A stretch of DNA of 64,000 nt, from positions 66,092,001-66,156,000 of the forward strand of contig NC_088853.1 of the NCBI RefSeq assembly GCF_963853765.1, given 5' to 3'. A program made the position numbers and the translations under genes. Each line of letters starts with the position of its first letter. Positions within the stretch are counted from its first letter, which is position 1. This DNA is from Magallana gigas. Lineage: Eukaryota. The notes under the pieces were generated by a model, which made no database searches, was not told where the DNA came from, and saw only the letters and a list, made by a program, of their open reading frames with translations. Below are positions 39,355 to 51,838 of this stretch, piece after piece.

Positions 39355-39760
39355 GCTCTTACTCACTCATTTGCCCCCTCCGTGCCCCGGTAGACCCATA
39401 AGGCCTTGCAACAGAAGACGCTCCTTCTGATGGTCAATGGCAACAGCATTGCTAATTCAATTCTTTTCAGTCCTTTTTCTTTCTCCAGATGTTATCCGAC
39501 CTCCATGACCTTGTTCTATTCATAGACAAAAGACAGTAAAAGCAAAGATAAAGGTCAACAAGAAGACATCTATACTTCAGTAAGCATTTCTCTGTATTTT
39601 TCAATATTTAGGAACACCTGTCTCTGATTCTTCTTTCGGGCTGTTTATAATAGTTACGTTATGGTATTCTTTCTAAAACATCAATAACCTAAAATGTTTT
39701 CTAACTGCTGGAGCTCCATTTTTTCCGTCTTAAACATTGCAATAACTTAGTCCAACTCTT
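39355..39760 (-). mobile_element. Degenerate RTE-like LINE 3' fragment (paralog ~48915-49330)
   Basis: Broken frames resembling the RT C-terminus (LRRKKW...ERIP...RSW...KELN...AIDHQK) ending in GAGT repeats. Confidence 0.45.
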
Positions 39761-40654
39761 TCACACATTTTTTTTTACAAAATAATACTACACAAAGTTT
39801 ACATGTCGTACAATATGTAGCAAATCGGATATGTTCACTTTTGACACCTTTTTCTGTCTTCTTCACGTCATTAGACCATATCAGCTCCCCTCACGTCATA
39901 TTACTGTTCTGACAAGTAGTTGACATCAACCCCTTCCGATCCTATTTCTGTTTTGACAGAAAGTTTAATTGTATAATATGCATAACTTTGGAAAAGAAAA
40001 AAACCCATGACAAACAAATAGAATTAAAAGTGTCATGATACATTTACAAAGTTTCAAAACAAACTTACATTTAGGATATAACTCATCAACATTGGATGAC
40101 TTACAAATATTTTTATTTCATTTATATTAAAGAAACAACTTTAAAGTATAAACACATTTATACGTGTTGGTTTGTTTGACATGTGTTTGATCTGTGAAAA
40201 TTCCACAAAATTACAGTTTCAATTAATGGCAATACTATATGATATAGATTCGATTAGCAAAGTGATTACTTACCCTGGTACACCATGTGCATTATTCCAC
40301 GTTGTTTTTCAGTAGCCGAATTTCTTTAAAAACAAACGCAATTACAGGTTTGTATTTTACATATATACAAAATTTATATTACGATCATATTCAATACTTG
40401 TAATTAGAGAAAAAATATTACCTATACATTAAAATTATAGGTGTGTAATTTTAAGAAAAAAACTGCAAAACATGCAATATTCATACTTACTTGCGTTGTC
40501 ATTTCTTTTTTCTTCAGAAATTAAATACGGCGATTGAACATGTCTATATATGTTAGAGTACCTTTAAGAGATTCTCTTTAGAACAAGCATTTTTCAACAC
40601 ATTTAAAACAGGGAGTAATGCGAACCATTCTCTGACCACTTAATTTACCACATT

Positions 40655-40693
<39 letters not shown>

Positions 40694-40716
40694 ACTACTA
40701 CTACTACTACTACTAC
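40655..40716. repeat. (TAC)n microsatellite; the paralogous position in copy 1 is the N gap
   Basis: Flanks match 28560-28577 and 29149-29200. Confidence 0.95.
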
Positions 40717-40789
40717 AACTACTAATACTATGTCTTCTACTTATGTTACTACAATTGATAATAATAACAACAATGATAACATCAGAAGA

Positions 40790-40987
40790 CTCACTCCACA
40801 ATTTGCCCTCTGTCCTGTAATATATCACGATGTGGTGTCCCGTCAGAAATAGCACATTGGTTACCGGCCGCTGACCTCTGATTATCTACGACTCTCTCTG
40901 AAAGACAGATGCTGATGCTTGGTATCTGCCAGGTTGGCCTTTAGTAGGCCAGATTATCTCCAAAGATAAAAATTAAAAAATGTGCAT
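40790..40987 (-). pseudogene. Duplicated, broken copy of gene A FTP1 N-half exon
   Basis: Paralog of 29202-29453 with TAA at 40941-40943 and a ~50-nt internal deletion. Confidence 0.8.
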
Positions 40988-41659
40988 CTTAAAAATAACA
41001 ATTCCTGTTAAATGTAACGAATTATATCATAGTCAAATACCAAGAAACGTCGGTTAAGACGTAAACCCTTTATATTTTTGCCATTGAGGAATCTGTTGAA
41101 GATTTGACAGCGTTGCACGAATGAGTGTAAATGTAAATCAAAAAATACTTTCAAATACATCCTGTCAAGGAGATCAACGTAAGAGTCAGGAAGAAATAAA
41201 TATTTGTCCATACACCCATCGTTTCAATATATTCAAAGAAAATGAAAAACATCGTCATTTGTCAAAGTATTTGTAATTGCTTTTTGTAAATGATTTTTTT
41301 CGTAATGATTATGGAAGCAAAATATGTGATGCCAAATGAATTTTTTTAATACTTATATTATAATATAATACTTATTACACATTTACAGTTTTACATAACT
41401 AATAGTTTGTTCTAAGGCAAGCTTTAAATTAAGTATGTTATCAACAATATCAACAAACAAGTATACATGTATATTGTGTGTTTCTGATTTTATTCAAAGA
41501 CTTGGAATTGTGTATATATCCGCGAGACTCGCCCGGCAGATTTACAAATGAATGAAAGAGCTTAGTAAAGAAAACTTATAGATGTCCTAATTGTCTTAAA
41601 TGATTAGAACTGTATCTAAATTTTGGGAGAGACCCATATCAAAGTACAGAAGTACTGTC

Positions 41660-42265
41660 GGGAGTTGATTTTATTGATTATTATCAATTTTAAAATCAAC
41701 GATATGTTATTTTGCCTGGCAAGAAGTTTCTAATCTGTATTTGAATTTTCTAATATGAATTCTCGAACTTTTCCGACAAGAATTTCTAGAAAACCCCATA
41801 TAAATCATGTTGCGTAATATTTAAAGATAAAATTAATACCATCAAACTGTGTATCAGTAATCGAAATGTGTCTAATAATTGTACACGTCTGGATTCATGA
41901 AATATTGAACTCTAGTCTCGTTCAACAATACGCTCGGTTGTCTCCGATTCTCTGCTTGTCGCTGATTTACGGAGACAGCCGAGCGTCTGGTTGAACGAGA
42001 CTGTATTGAACTTTGGCGTAGGAATACATACAACTATCAATCGAATTATTCGTACTATATAAAACCTGACTATTTTCAATGAGTTAATAAATACGTTTTT
42101 TTTTTAAAAAAGCAAAAGTACAGCATACAGTACACCGAATTTATCTATTATTTTCAAGATCTACGTCCTGTCAGCGGTGATGATTTGTGCTTTGCTCCAA
42201 ATACTGGTTCACTTTCGGTTTGCCAGAGTAATTGCATAGGAGAGTTGATTAAAATCAACTCCCAG
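41660..42265. mobile_element. TIR insertion specific to copy 2, containing a 92-bp foldback MITE (41912-42003)
   Basis: GGGAGTTGATTTTA ... TAAAATCAACTCCC; inner MITE flanked by 9-bp direct repeat TATTGAACT. Confidence 0.6.
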
Positions 42266-43141
42266 AAAGTGTTGTGGTTTTTTTTAAACTCATTGAAAGC
42301 CTTCTATAACTGCTTTAAGATACAATGTTAAAATTAAACCGGAAAACAAAATAAGGCGATGCTAATTTAGAACAATTATAGAAACATAAATAATGCACTA
42401 CGCTAATGAAAAATGCATCCAAATAATAAGTTAGTTTATGCAAACATTGTCTTTTTTTCATATTAACGGCACAGTGAAATTGGTTTACTTGCGTCAATTC
42501 AAACTTCTATAAACACAAAATATTTTCTTACGCATGAAGGTTTTGTTTTATGATAGGTCCGTTTGCCAGTGGGTTTTAACATACTTCACGTTATGAACGT
42601 ATTATATGTATCTCTTTATGATGATTATTTCTTTATCTCCTGAGAAATGAAATATTCATTAAACATCGATTTGTGTTAAATTATTCAAAACGTTCAAATA
42701 AACGTTGTACTTTTAATACAGATTTGCAATAATCTTGCAGATTCATCATGATAGAGAGCATCATGTTAACGTTTCATAAACTTTAAAAACACATAATAAC
42801 AACACAGGCGTAATTTGAAATGTAAACGTATGGACTGAAAAAAACCCATTAAAAGATGTACTTTGAATTTTGAAAGCTCTAAAGTTAGTAGCAGTGGACT
42901 CATACAAATTCATCGTGGCTCAATTTTGGTGGTACTCGTGGGAAGCCCCCACACACAAATTTACATCATCGACGAACACAAACTTAAAGAGTTAGTTTTC
43001 TTACTGAAAGTGAAAATCGAAGCATCCACGACATCCTCAAGAATAAACCACAAAAATTGCCCCGCACGAATTTAAAAGATTCCACAGTTTTTTTTATCAG
43101 AGGACTCAAGTTATGTGAGCCGGGATTTATTCAAAACGATA

Positions 43142-43769
43142 ATGATGTTAACTTATGTTCTGTTAACTCGGGTCACAATAAGTCAAGGTCCGATGAAGGG
43201 ATGTAAGCATGTTCATTTTTCTGATTTTCTTAAATGTTTCACCATTAGCCGAAAATTATTCATTCCGTCTTTACATTTGCAAGAAAGATCTTCAGGGTTT
43301 TGTTTTTGTTTTTTGTTTGTGTTCCATTTCTATTTTTCAATTAAGTGACTATTTTTTTAAAAACTTTTTAAAAGTTTGCAAGTCTGAGTTTGCGGAAAAT
43401 TAACAATAAGCTGAAGTTAAAACAGACGCTCGACAAGTATACATGTAGGTCAGACTAAAATTTCAGCAACTGGAAACAAGTGCACCGTATCCTTTGCCTC
43501 AACTAAAGTCACGTGGTTGTTTGATTTACAGACAAAAGACAGTATCAGTGAGATTGTGTTATACAACGTGATCTACATTTGATGTGCTCATTTAATGCAC
43601 ATGAAAGATTGATTTTCGGAAATGGACCAATAATAATGGTGTTTTCTAACCCATCGTCATTGCTCGGATATAGAAATACACAAATCATTCCATAAAAATC
43701 GTATACCATCGCGAATCATAAGTGATCGTATATTTATACAATGTTAAGGGAAAACATTTTATTTGTATG
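43142..43769 (+). pseudogene. Gene D relic, copy 2: 61-nt phase-1 signal exon (MMLTYVLLTRVTISQGPMKG, GTAAGC donor) plus degenerate FTP (~43375-43769)
   Basis: ISATGNKCTVSFASTKVTWLFDLQTKDSISEIVLY; stops and frameshifts elsewhere. Confidence 0.55.
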
Positions 43770-45822
43770 GTATACATGCATGAAAAAGTAATTCATGAAA
43801 ATAAAAAGACAAAAATGTACGATTGCAACATTGTAAAACATAGCAACTGCAATATGTTGAATGATAAATATATATTCAAATACATTGGTCAAATTGTTTA
43901 GGTAATTGTTAATCTTTTTTTCTTATTTCAATCCCGAACATTTTCACACTATTACTAAAAAGTATTTTAAAGACAAACCTAAGCAGATTCCAGGCCAAAT
44001 TAAAATCAATCTAAAATATAGAATCAAAGCTGATTTTGGACTTTTCTAAACTACAAGTACGATGTCTCAGACGATCTAAACTGGTATATAGATTGCCATG
44101 TGCGAAGCACTTAAGATATATTTAAAAGAAATAAGAATAGCTTTTGATATATTTAAAAAACAGTAATTTTGAAACCTTTGTTCTAAAATCGTGTTTAAAA
44201 CCCCTTAGAACCTTTGTTGCTATTGCTATTTGCAGACAGGCCTTTGGCGCAACTGCCTCTTAGCGCTAAAATTAAAAGTGCGCCAACGATTTTCCATATG
44301 TATTAAATTTCTTCAGGTTGCAAAACAATAACGTCAGTCATTTTAAAGGCTATATAGAAGTGTTCATTTAAATATCAGATGCTGTCGATCTGTTTGTTTA
44401 AACAATTACACAGGTAAACGGTATGGGTTATCGGGTAATAATTGAATAATTAAATTGCCTAATCATGGATTAATTTATTCAGTTTTAATTGCTTTTTATT
44501 ATCTCTCACTAGCACCTTGAAAATTGGGCTTCTTCCAATGCCACTTCCATTTAGCGCCTCGAGGTGAAAATGTGATTAAGCGTGGCGATCGTTTACGCTG
44601 ACAATACATGGTTGATCATAATTTCTTTGATCTCCGATTAGTGGATAAAAAGATAACAAGACAATACCTATTTTTTTAATGTAAAATTACTGCGAAAAAG
44701 ATGCTCTCATGTTGATCGAAACTAATGGTAAACGTAGCATTCGATTTCACATTTAGTTTCGGGACTCTTCTAGTGTTATCCAAGTCGACACGTTATATTC
44801 AAAGTCCGGTAACTCAAATTTGTTTACCAACAAAAATTACACATCATCGCCGATAAAAAAGGTTTTCATATCTATCTACTGACGATTTACACAAAAGTAA
44901 GTGTATTGTTCTCAACGACAGTTTACCGTGCAAGTGAGATAAAATTCAAAGTCGTTTTGTTCACGTGCTTGAGTGAACACAGAACTAAATTTTGGGCATT
45001 ATCGTTTATCAAACAACAACATTTATGTATTCTATTTTAAAGAAAAGATGCATGCGCTAAAATATAATTGCGCTAATGTACCGGCATTTTCGCTTGCACA
45101 AAAATACATGTGCGCCAAATTTTCTCGTTTTACAGTATTGTTTTTTAACAATCATTCCCTTTTCTGATGACAATTTTTGTATATTTTAACTACAATTCAT
45201 CAAAACAACAAAAATCAACGGTTGAACCCGCTTTTGTAGAATAATAACGGTGATTGTACTGTAAAAAAGGCCGGGTGGTCAACGCATTAACAAGATATAC
45301 CTCAAATTTCAGCCATAATTTGTAAAGCTTAAACAGTTATTCAGTAGACAAAAATTCCACATAATTATGTTCTTAACTTCAAGTATTTTTACCTTATTTT
45401 ATGCAGAGCACTTTTTTTTAAAGGAGGTCAGTTTCATTAAAAAGTTACCACTGCTTTCCGTCCCTCATAACCATTACTGCAGTTTGTTAAACCAAATCTG
45501 ATTGGATAGTCAAAAGTATCTTTTCTTTTTGTTTAATGTTTTGTTATTCAACACCGACAACAGTATTATATTTTTTACGAAAGAAATATTTAAATTTTAT
45601 TTAAGAAGTATTTTCTTTACCGTAAATATATTAATCTTTCGTTTAAACGACATATTAGTATTTGTAGAGTGTCCACAAACCTTAAGAATTACAATTTTTT
45701 TTTACTAAAGTAAAACGCGTAAAACCACAAATAGTATGAAACTCCTAAATTTAAATAAATTGACTCACTAACAAAATTCACAAGTTAAAACAACAAATAA
45801 CATTTTATCTTATTTATTTACA

Positions 45823-45823
45823 A

Positions 45824-45867
<44 letters not shown>

Positions 45868-45882
45868 TAATAATAATAATAA
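45823..45882. repeat. (AAT)n microsatellite in a ~120-bp copy-2-specific insert
   Basis: Absent at ~36010 in copy 1. Confidence 0.9.
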
Positions 45883-46494
45883 CAGTAATAATTTTAATTT
45901 ATCTAAACACCTTTCAACATATACTCGACTGATCGGAGCTGATTGTTACGATTACACGGGACAGTTAAATGGACGGTACTCCCACAGGCCGGTCACAAGT
46001 CTATAGCCATTTTACAGACAACACACATCGCATGGTAAAACAGTTCTTTGTCAGAAACCCCATGACAAATTACAGAAATTCCAGGATATTCCTCCTCCTC
46101 CTCCAATTTCCCGGCGACTCTTTCCTCGCAAACGATACTTTTAATACTGTAACAAGCGAGCTCTGACGTCACATCACAAACAAAGCAGCCAAGTGTCATA
46201 TGAAAACATACAATAGCTGATTATATTTGTATTTCAACAATGTTAATAATTAAATACGAAACTACCAGTGAAGATTTTTACAGCTTTCTAAAATATGTTT
46301 TGATAAGAACAGAACATTCAAATTAAAAAAAATCATACAGTTTTTTTTTAACTGGAATGCAGTTGACAAATGCAAACTTTAATAGAAAAATAAAACACAA
46401 ACAGATCTGATTTTTAAAAAGCTTAATTGTAGTAAAATATTATATGTACATTCAGTGCTTTTAATAAAGATAATGTAATGATCAATTATATTAA

Positions 46495-47466
46495 AACCCT
46501 GTCACACAAAATTGCCTTTTCACAGCGTATTAACAGCGTTGTACATTCATGGAATCGCCGAAGGATCGCAAACCAAATTCAGAAAACAAATGTTCAATTT
46601 TATCTGATATTTTTACGAATAAAATGCCACAGCGTCCTGACGAGGACTGAGGAGTTTCTACTGAACTCCCGCGGCGTGTAACTGTGTTTCCACAAATGTC
46701 TACTTGGCGATTGATTGTGGTCTCGCTGAGTATCCGTCAAGCGGTCTTTACACTTTACAACTGGTAAATGAATGATAAAAATGTTTTTGTTTTATAAAAT
46801 AAATTACATAGTAAATTGAAACATAACTAGAATCTAAATAATTTGTGAAAAAAAACGCATCCTAATAAACAGGTCTACAAAAAGAACCGTTATTAGTTGT
46901 TGGAAAAAATTTGAAAACATCAGAAAAAAGACATGAATTCGATCTACTCTTCCAATAGGTCTTGGAATATTCGCAAATTCTCCTTTTACACAGTAATCTA
47001 CATGAATTTTAAAATTACTACATCGCTAGCTATTGTACAACAGTCGTTGTTCAAATTTTCGTAGTCTGGTTGACATTGCACTAGGAAACGTCAAGAGAGT
47101 GCAATGGACGAGGCAACAGCTCCTTGGGGTCGCTGTGTGAACGTAGCAAAATGAAAACAACTCGTTCTAACGCTATGGATGCGCAGCAATGGCGCGGTAG
47201 AGACGCAGTGACATCACAAATGACTCCGACGGGTCTTCGTGCAAGTGCAATCAACTTATCACTGCGTCTACACTGCAAATGGCTGCGTTCCTTGAGCGCA
47301 CCAACAGAGCTATTGTGGCGAGGTTGGAGACCTCATGGTGCAAATGAAGATGCCGTTGCTTTTTTAAGGCGCTGAAGGAGACTCTACTGCGTGTACTTCG
47401 GTGATCTACATTATTTAAGGATGCAGCGGTATCGCCATGAAGATGCAGCTCCGGTGTGACAAGAGT
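46495..47466. mobile_element. Kolobok-like element, duplicated copy
   Basis: Same TIRs and TTAA flanks as 36549-37560. Confidence 0.55.
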
Positions 47467-47625
47467 TTAATATGTTTTCTATACAGATAAACACTTTTTT
47501 GTACAATCATTCATTTTATTACGAGAATGTCATAAAAATGGGAAGTCTGCAAATGTTATTGATGGAACGTCGTTTTCAAAGATTATTTACAGCTATTCTT
47601 AAACTAATCATGATGAAAGAAATAC

Positions 47626-48204
47626 TATAGCATTGAATGACTTATTTTTGACGTCGTCGTGTCAATAACTGCCGTCAGGTGAGCAGACAAATTGAATAAC
47701 GCGCGTTAGCGCGTTATGATAATTTGTCTGCTCACCTGACGGCAGTTATTGACACGACGACGTCAAAAATAAATCATTTAATGCTTATATTTACATTCCC
47801 TTACTGAAGAAATCAATTGTTTACTAAATAAATCGATCTAAAGTGCAGATCATGGAGGGAGTGTATAAGTAACAGCAAGAACAGCTGTTTTGTAAAACCG
47901 GTTTAAACTGGTTTTCACATAGACTGTTGAGATAAGATCGACGAGCATGAAAATATAATCCATGATAAATAACTCTTGATATGTTGCTTTTAACAATAAA
48001 GTCAACTTTTTGTTGAATAATTATAAAACAACGTGTTTTGACAACATTCATGAAATACATTTTTTAACTGATAACATAGAAATCACTGTTTGAGAACTAC
48101 TTATGTAAATTACTCGTAAATTCATACGCAGTGAATAGGTGTTGCATTTAGAGGCATTTAAACATCACGGAATTTAATGGAAAAACACAGTAGAATGTAA
48201 ATAT
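47626..48204 (+). mobile_element. Terminal-hairpin element (Crypton-like or Helitron2-like, non-autonomous), 579 bp
   Basis: 65-bp arms (63/65 matched) around a 27-nt spacer; TATATTTACATTC ... GAATGTAAATATA inverted pair; clean empty site at 37721/37722, no obvious TSD. Confidence 0.75.
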
Positions 48205-50493
48205 AATGTAATGTCTACATCGATTAGGAAATATTCTGTGCGTTATTGCACAACCATATCTTTTTATTATTGCTTTAAAAAACTGCTACAGTTCACAGTT
48301 CAGTAGCTGTGTCCAAGTAAAGGCATTAATTCTTTAAGTACAAGATGGATTCCTAAATGAAAGGTAAAAGTAAAAACGTAAATAAAAAAACAAAAAGAAA
48401 AAAAAATAGAAGAGCATAAAATACTAAAGAACTTCGGTCATAAAAATATGTTTTACCTGCAAATGATTGGGGTGTACCTGCCGGCGGTTAATACATTAAG
48501 CAGTCAGGTCTTTATTACAGTTGACATTTCGAGAATGACATCCAGTTACTATTTAATACAACCATGTGTTAAGTTCTATTTGACTTTACAGAATAAAAAA
48601 AAAAATAAAAAAATACAAAAAAAAAAAAAACCCAAAAACAAAAAAGAACCACATATATGTCATCAGTAGCAGAAACATTTAAATTAATAAAAGAAAAAAT
48701 GTGTTAATCATGAAATGCATACAATTCAACACCACAAACACTCGTTGTTGTGCAAAAAGAACAAGCTGCCTCACTCCTTTTGTATGGTTTTGGTTTTTGT
48801 TAACGTCCACTTTTGTATACTCCAAGTCTTCGAACTTTACTTCTTTCTTGCATTCCTTTTTGATTTAAAAAGATAGAGTTAAATATTTAAATTACAAGAA
48901 ACACTTAAGACACAGGTCTCTTTCTCACACGTTTGCCCTCTCCATGCCCCGGTCAATGCATTTGGCCTTGCAACAGAAGACGCCCCGTATGATGATCGAT
49001 GGCAACAACAATGTTAATTCAATTCTTTTTAGTCCTCTGTTTTTCTTCAGATGTTATCTGTTATTATCTGACCTCCATTGCCTTGTTTTATTCATAGACA
49101 AAAGACAGTGAAAGCTAAAATAAAGGTCAACAAGAAGATATCTATACTGCAGTAAGCACTCTCTGTATTTTTGGGAACACCTGTCACTGAATCTTCTAAC
49201 GGGATGTTTGTAATAGTCATTTTACGGTATTCTTTCAATAACCAAAATTTTTTCTAGCTGCTGGAGCTCCATTTGTTCCGTCTTAAACATAGCAATAACT
49301 TAGTCCAACACTTTAACACATTTTATTTTTACAAAATAATACTACACAAAGTTTACATGTCCTACAATATGTAGCAAATCGGATATGTTCACCATTTTCT
49401 GTCTTCTTCACGACATTAGACCCTATAAGCCGTTCTCTCCTCTCATGTCATATTCCTGTTCTGACAAGTAGTTGACATCCCCCCTTCTGATCCTATTCCT
49501 GTTTTGACAAATATTTTAATTGTAAAATATACTTAACTTTAGAGAAGAAAAAATCCATGACAAACAAATAGAAAATTAAAAGTGTCAACATACATTTAAA
49601 CATACGTTTCAAAACAAACTTATATTAAGATTAATTCATCAACATTGGGCGGCTTTTTTATTTCATTTATATTAAAGAAGCAACTTTAAAGTATAAACAC
49701 ACTTCTACGTGTTGGTTTGTTTGACATGCATTAGAACAGCCGGATTTGTAAAAATTCAACAAAATTACAATTTCAAAGGCAACACTATATGATATAAATT
49801 CGTTAAGCAGAGTGACTACTTACCCTGGTACCCTGAGTGCATTATTTCACGTTGTTTTACAGTAGCCGAATTTCTTTAACACCAACGCGATGACAGGGTT
49901 GTGTTTCACATATATACACATTTTATATAACTATCAAATTTAATACTTGTTTTTAAAGAAAAAAATATTACCTATAGATTAAAATTATAGGTGTGTAATT
50001 TTAAGAGAAAAACTGAAAAACATCACATATTCATACTTACTTGCGTTGCCATTTCTTCTCTCTTCAGAAATTAACTACGGCGAGTGTATATCTATTTTTA
50101 CGCAAATTTGGTTTGTGACTTTCTTAAAAATACATATCTGTTTTACTGTTATCTTGGCTAAGTTTGTTGTATTAAATAATTCTTTACTTATTTTACAAGA
50201 AAAATGTAAACACTAACCTATGAACAAATTGTTGGCGTCCGATGTACCCACATTAGTATAACTTGGTACACATTAAATGATCAACGTGGTCATTCGTTGG
50301 CACATTTTATAATTTATATGGGTTATTGATACTTTGAAGTAAACTTGAAAATATACGATTTATAAGCCAAGCGTCATATTTCAAAACAAATGTGTTATGT
50401 AATGTTTTGAATACTATTTCGATAATTGAAAATCAATTATTAAATCTCTGATTACCATACCATGAATAAAAAATAAATAAATAGATTATGTAC

Positions 50494-50631
50494 TTTTTTG
50501 ACAGAAGTATCCTATCCAGCCAGGACGGCAGCCATAATCACACGAACCACTGACATCGTTACAGCCATCACAGGTGTAACTGTTGATACAAGTCTCAGAA
50601 CAGTCTTGTCCAAAATATCCAACGGGGCAAT
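50494..50631 (-). CDS. Gene C exon 8, EGF-like (CPVGYFGQDCSETCINSYTCDGCNDVSGSCDYGCRPGWIGYFCQK)
   Basis: CAG acceptor, GTACAT donor, 138 nt; no downstream transmembrane exon recognised. Confidence 0.85.
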
Positions 50632-50761
50632 CTGAAATGAACCGAATGTGTTATATAATTAGTATTAATCCCTACCTACTAAATCAATCTACTTACGTGT
50701 GAAATACATGTATTATATATCTATTTTGTCTATGCTATAAATTTAATACAAATCTACACAC

Positions 50762-50899
50762 GGGTTTTACACAAGTCCCCTTGATAGTCAGCATCACATC
50801 CAGTCAAACACGTCCCATTAATATTGGAACAATGGTCTACGTCACGACAATGTCCACATGTTTCATTGCATTCAGAACCATACGACCCTCTGTCACATG
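50762..50899 (-). CDS. Gene C exon 7, EGF-like (CDRGSYGSECNETCGHCRDVDHCSNINGTCLTGCDADYQGDLCKT)
   Basis: CAG acceptor, GTGTGT donor, 138 nt. Confidence 0.85.
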
Positions 50900-51131
50900 C
50901 TGAGAAAAAAAATATTCAATCTCACAAGATTAATGTGTGAAGAAATGCTATTCAATTTAAGAGTTAAATCAATTTAACATAAGCACTTTTAGACATCAGA
51001 TGTATTCAGAAAACTTATAGTGTTGATCTAGAAATCAGATTACACGGTAACATTAATATCATTATTATGATAATGTAATGATAGCTATATTTTTCTTTAT
51101 TTAAATGTATATTATACGACAAAACACTTAC

Positions 51132-51269
51132 ATGTTTTACACAAGTCTCCTTGATAACCTGGATCACATCCAGTCAGACACCATCCATTGATGTTGGAAC
51201 ACTGGTATCTGTCACGACAGTATCCACATGTTTCTTTGCAGTCGTAGCCATACGACCCTATGTCACAAG
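51132..51269 (-). CDS. Gene C exon 6, EGF-like (CDIGSYGYDCKETCGYCRDRYQCSNINGWCLTGCDPGYQGDLCKT)
   Basis: AAG acceptor, GTAAGT donor, 138 nt, close paralog of exons 5 and 7. Confidence 0.88.
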
Positions 51270-51838
51270 CTTAAAAATGAAATCAGTTTAATATGTAAAA
51301 ATAAATGTATTAATACAGTTTTCTAATGTGAAGTTAAAGAGTTTTTAAACTTAAAACATATCATTTTGTACGACTTCGTGTGGTTAATTTATTAAAACTA
51401 TAATCTCATCCAAATAGCTAGGACATGTCAAATTGACAGAATCATTTAATCAATTTATTTTTAAAAAATGGAGGCACCTGGTCCCTTTTTCTGGACAGAA
51501 AAAGATAACTGCATGAAATGGAAATAAACAGAACAAAAGCTTCCACTTTAGCTTTAACTATTAAAACAACTATACACATTTTTTTTTCAAAGTTTTGAAA
51601 TGTGTAGGTCGTAAGTTTAATAGCTCTATGTAAATCAATCGACATGATAATTCTTATGTGATTTCAATATCATTCTGACATTAAAAGCACTTAATATCAG
51701 TATGATATGTGGTGAGATCGCCTATGAAGTTGACAATAGTACATCTTATGTTTAGTTCCTGCTACGCTCTCCTTATCAGTCTACTACTCCTTAAAACACA
51801 TCTGTTAACTTAATGTGTTGATCTATCTTCACACTTAC

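Larger units (their letters stand above)
28490..40540. repeat. Segmental tandem duplication, copy 1 (~12 kb)
   Basis: Colinear with 40545-50095 throughout; shared boundary motif CATACTTACTTGCGTTG at ~40483 and ~50032. Confidence 0.9.
40545..50095. repeat. Segmental tandem duplication, copy 2 (~9.6 kb)
   Basis: Same order of exon relics, Kolobok-like element, MITE and LINE relic; differs by copy-specific insertions. Confidence 0.9.

Noticed and set aside
39490-39581. Apparent plus-strand exon with good splice sites
   Set aside because: Stops in all three frames; better explained as the antisense of an RTE-like relic
40270-40530. Small minus-strand exon-like pieces with GTAAGT donors (also 49815-50070)
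   Set aside because: No consistent open frame across both copies; could be non-coding exons but unsupported
40640-40855. 71-aa ORF with poly-Ser/Val
   Set aside because: Mostly translation of the (TAC)n microsatellite; only its first codons overlap the broken FTP exon
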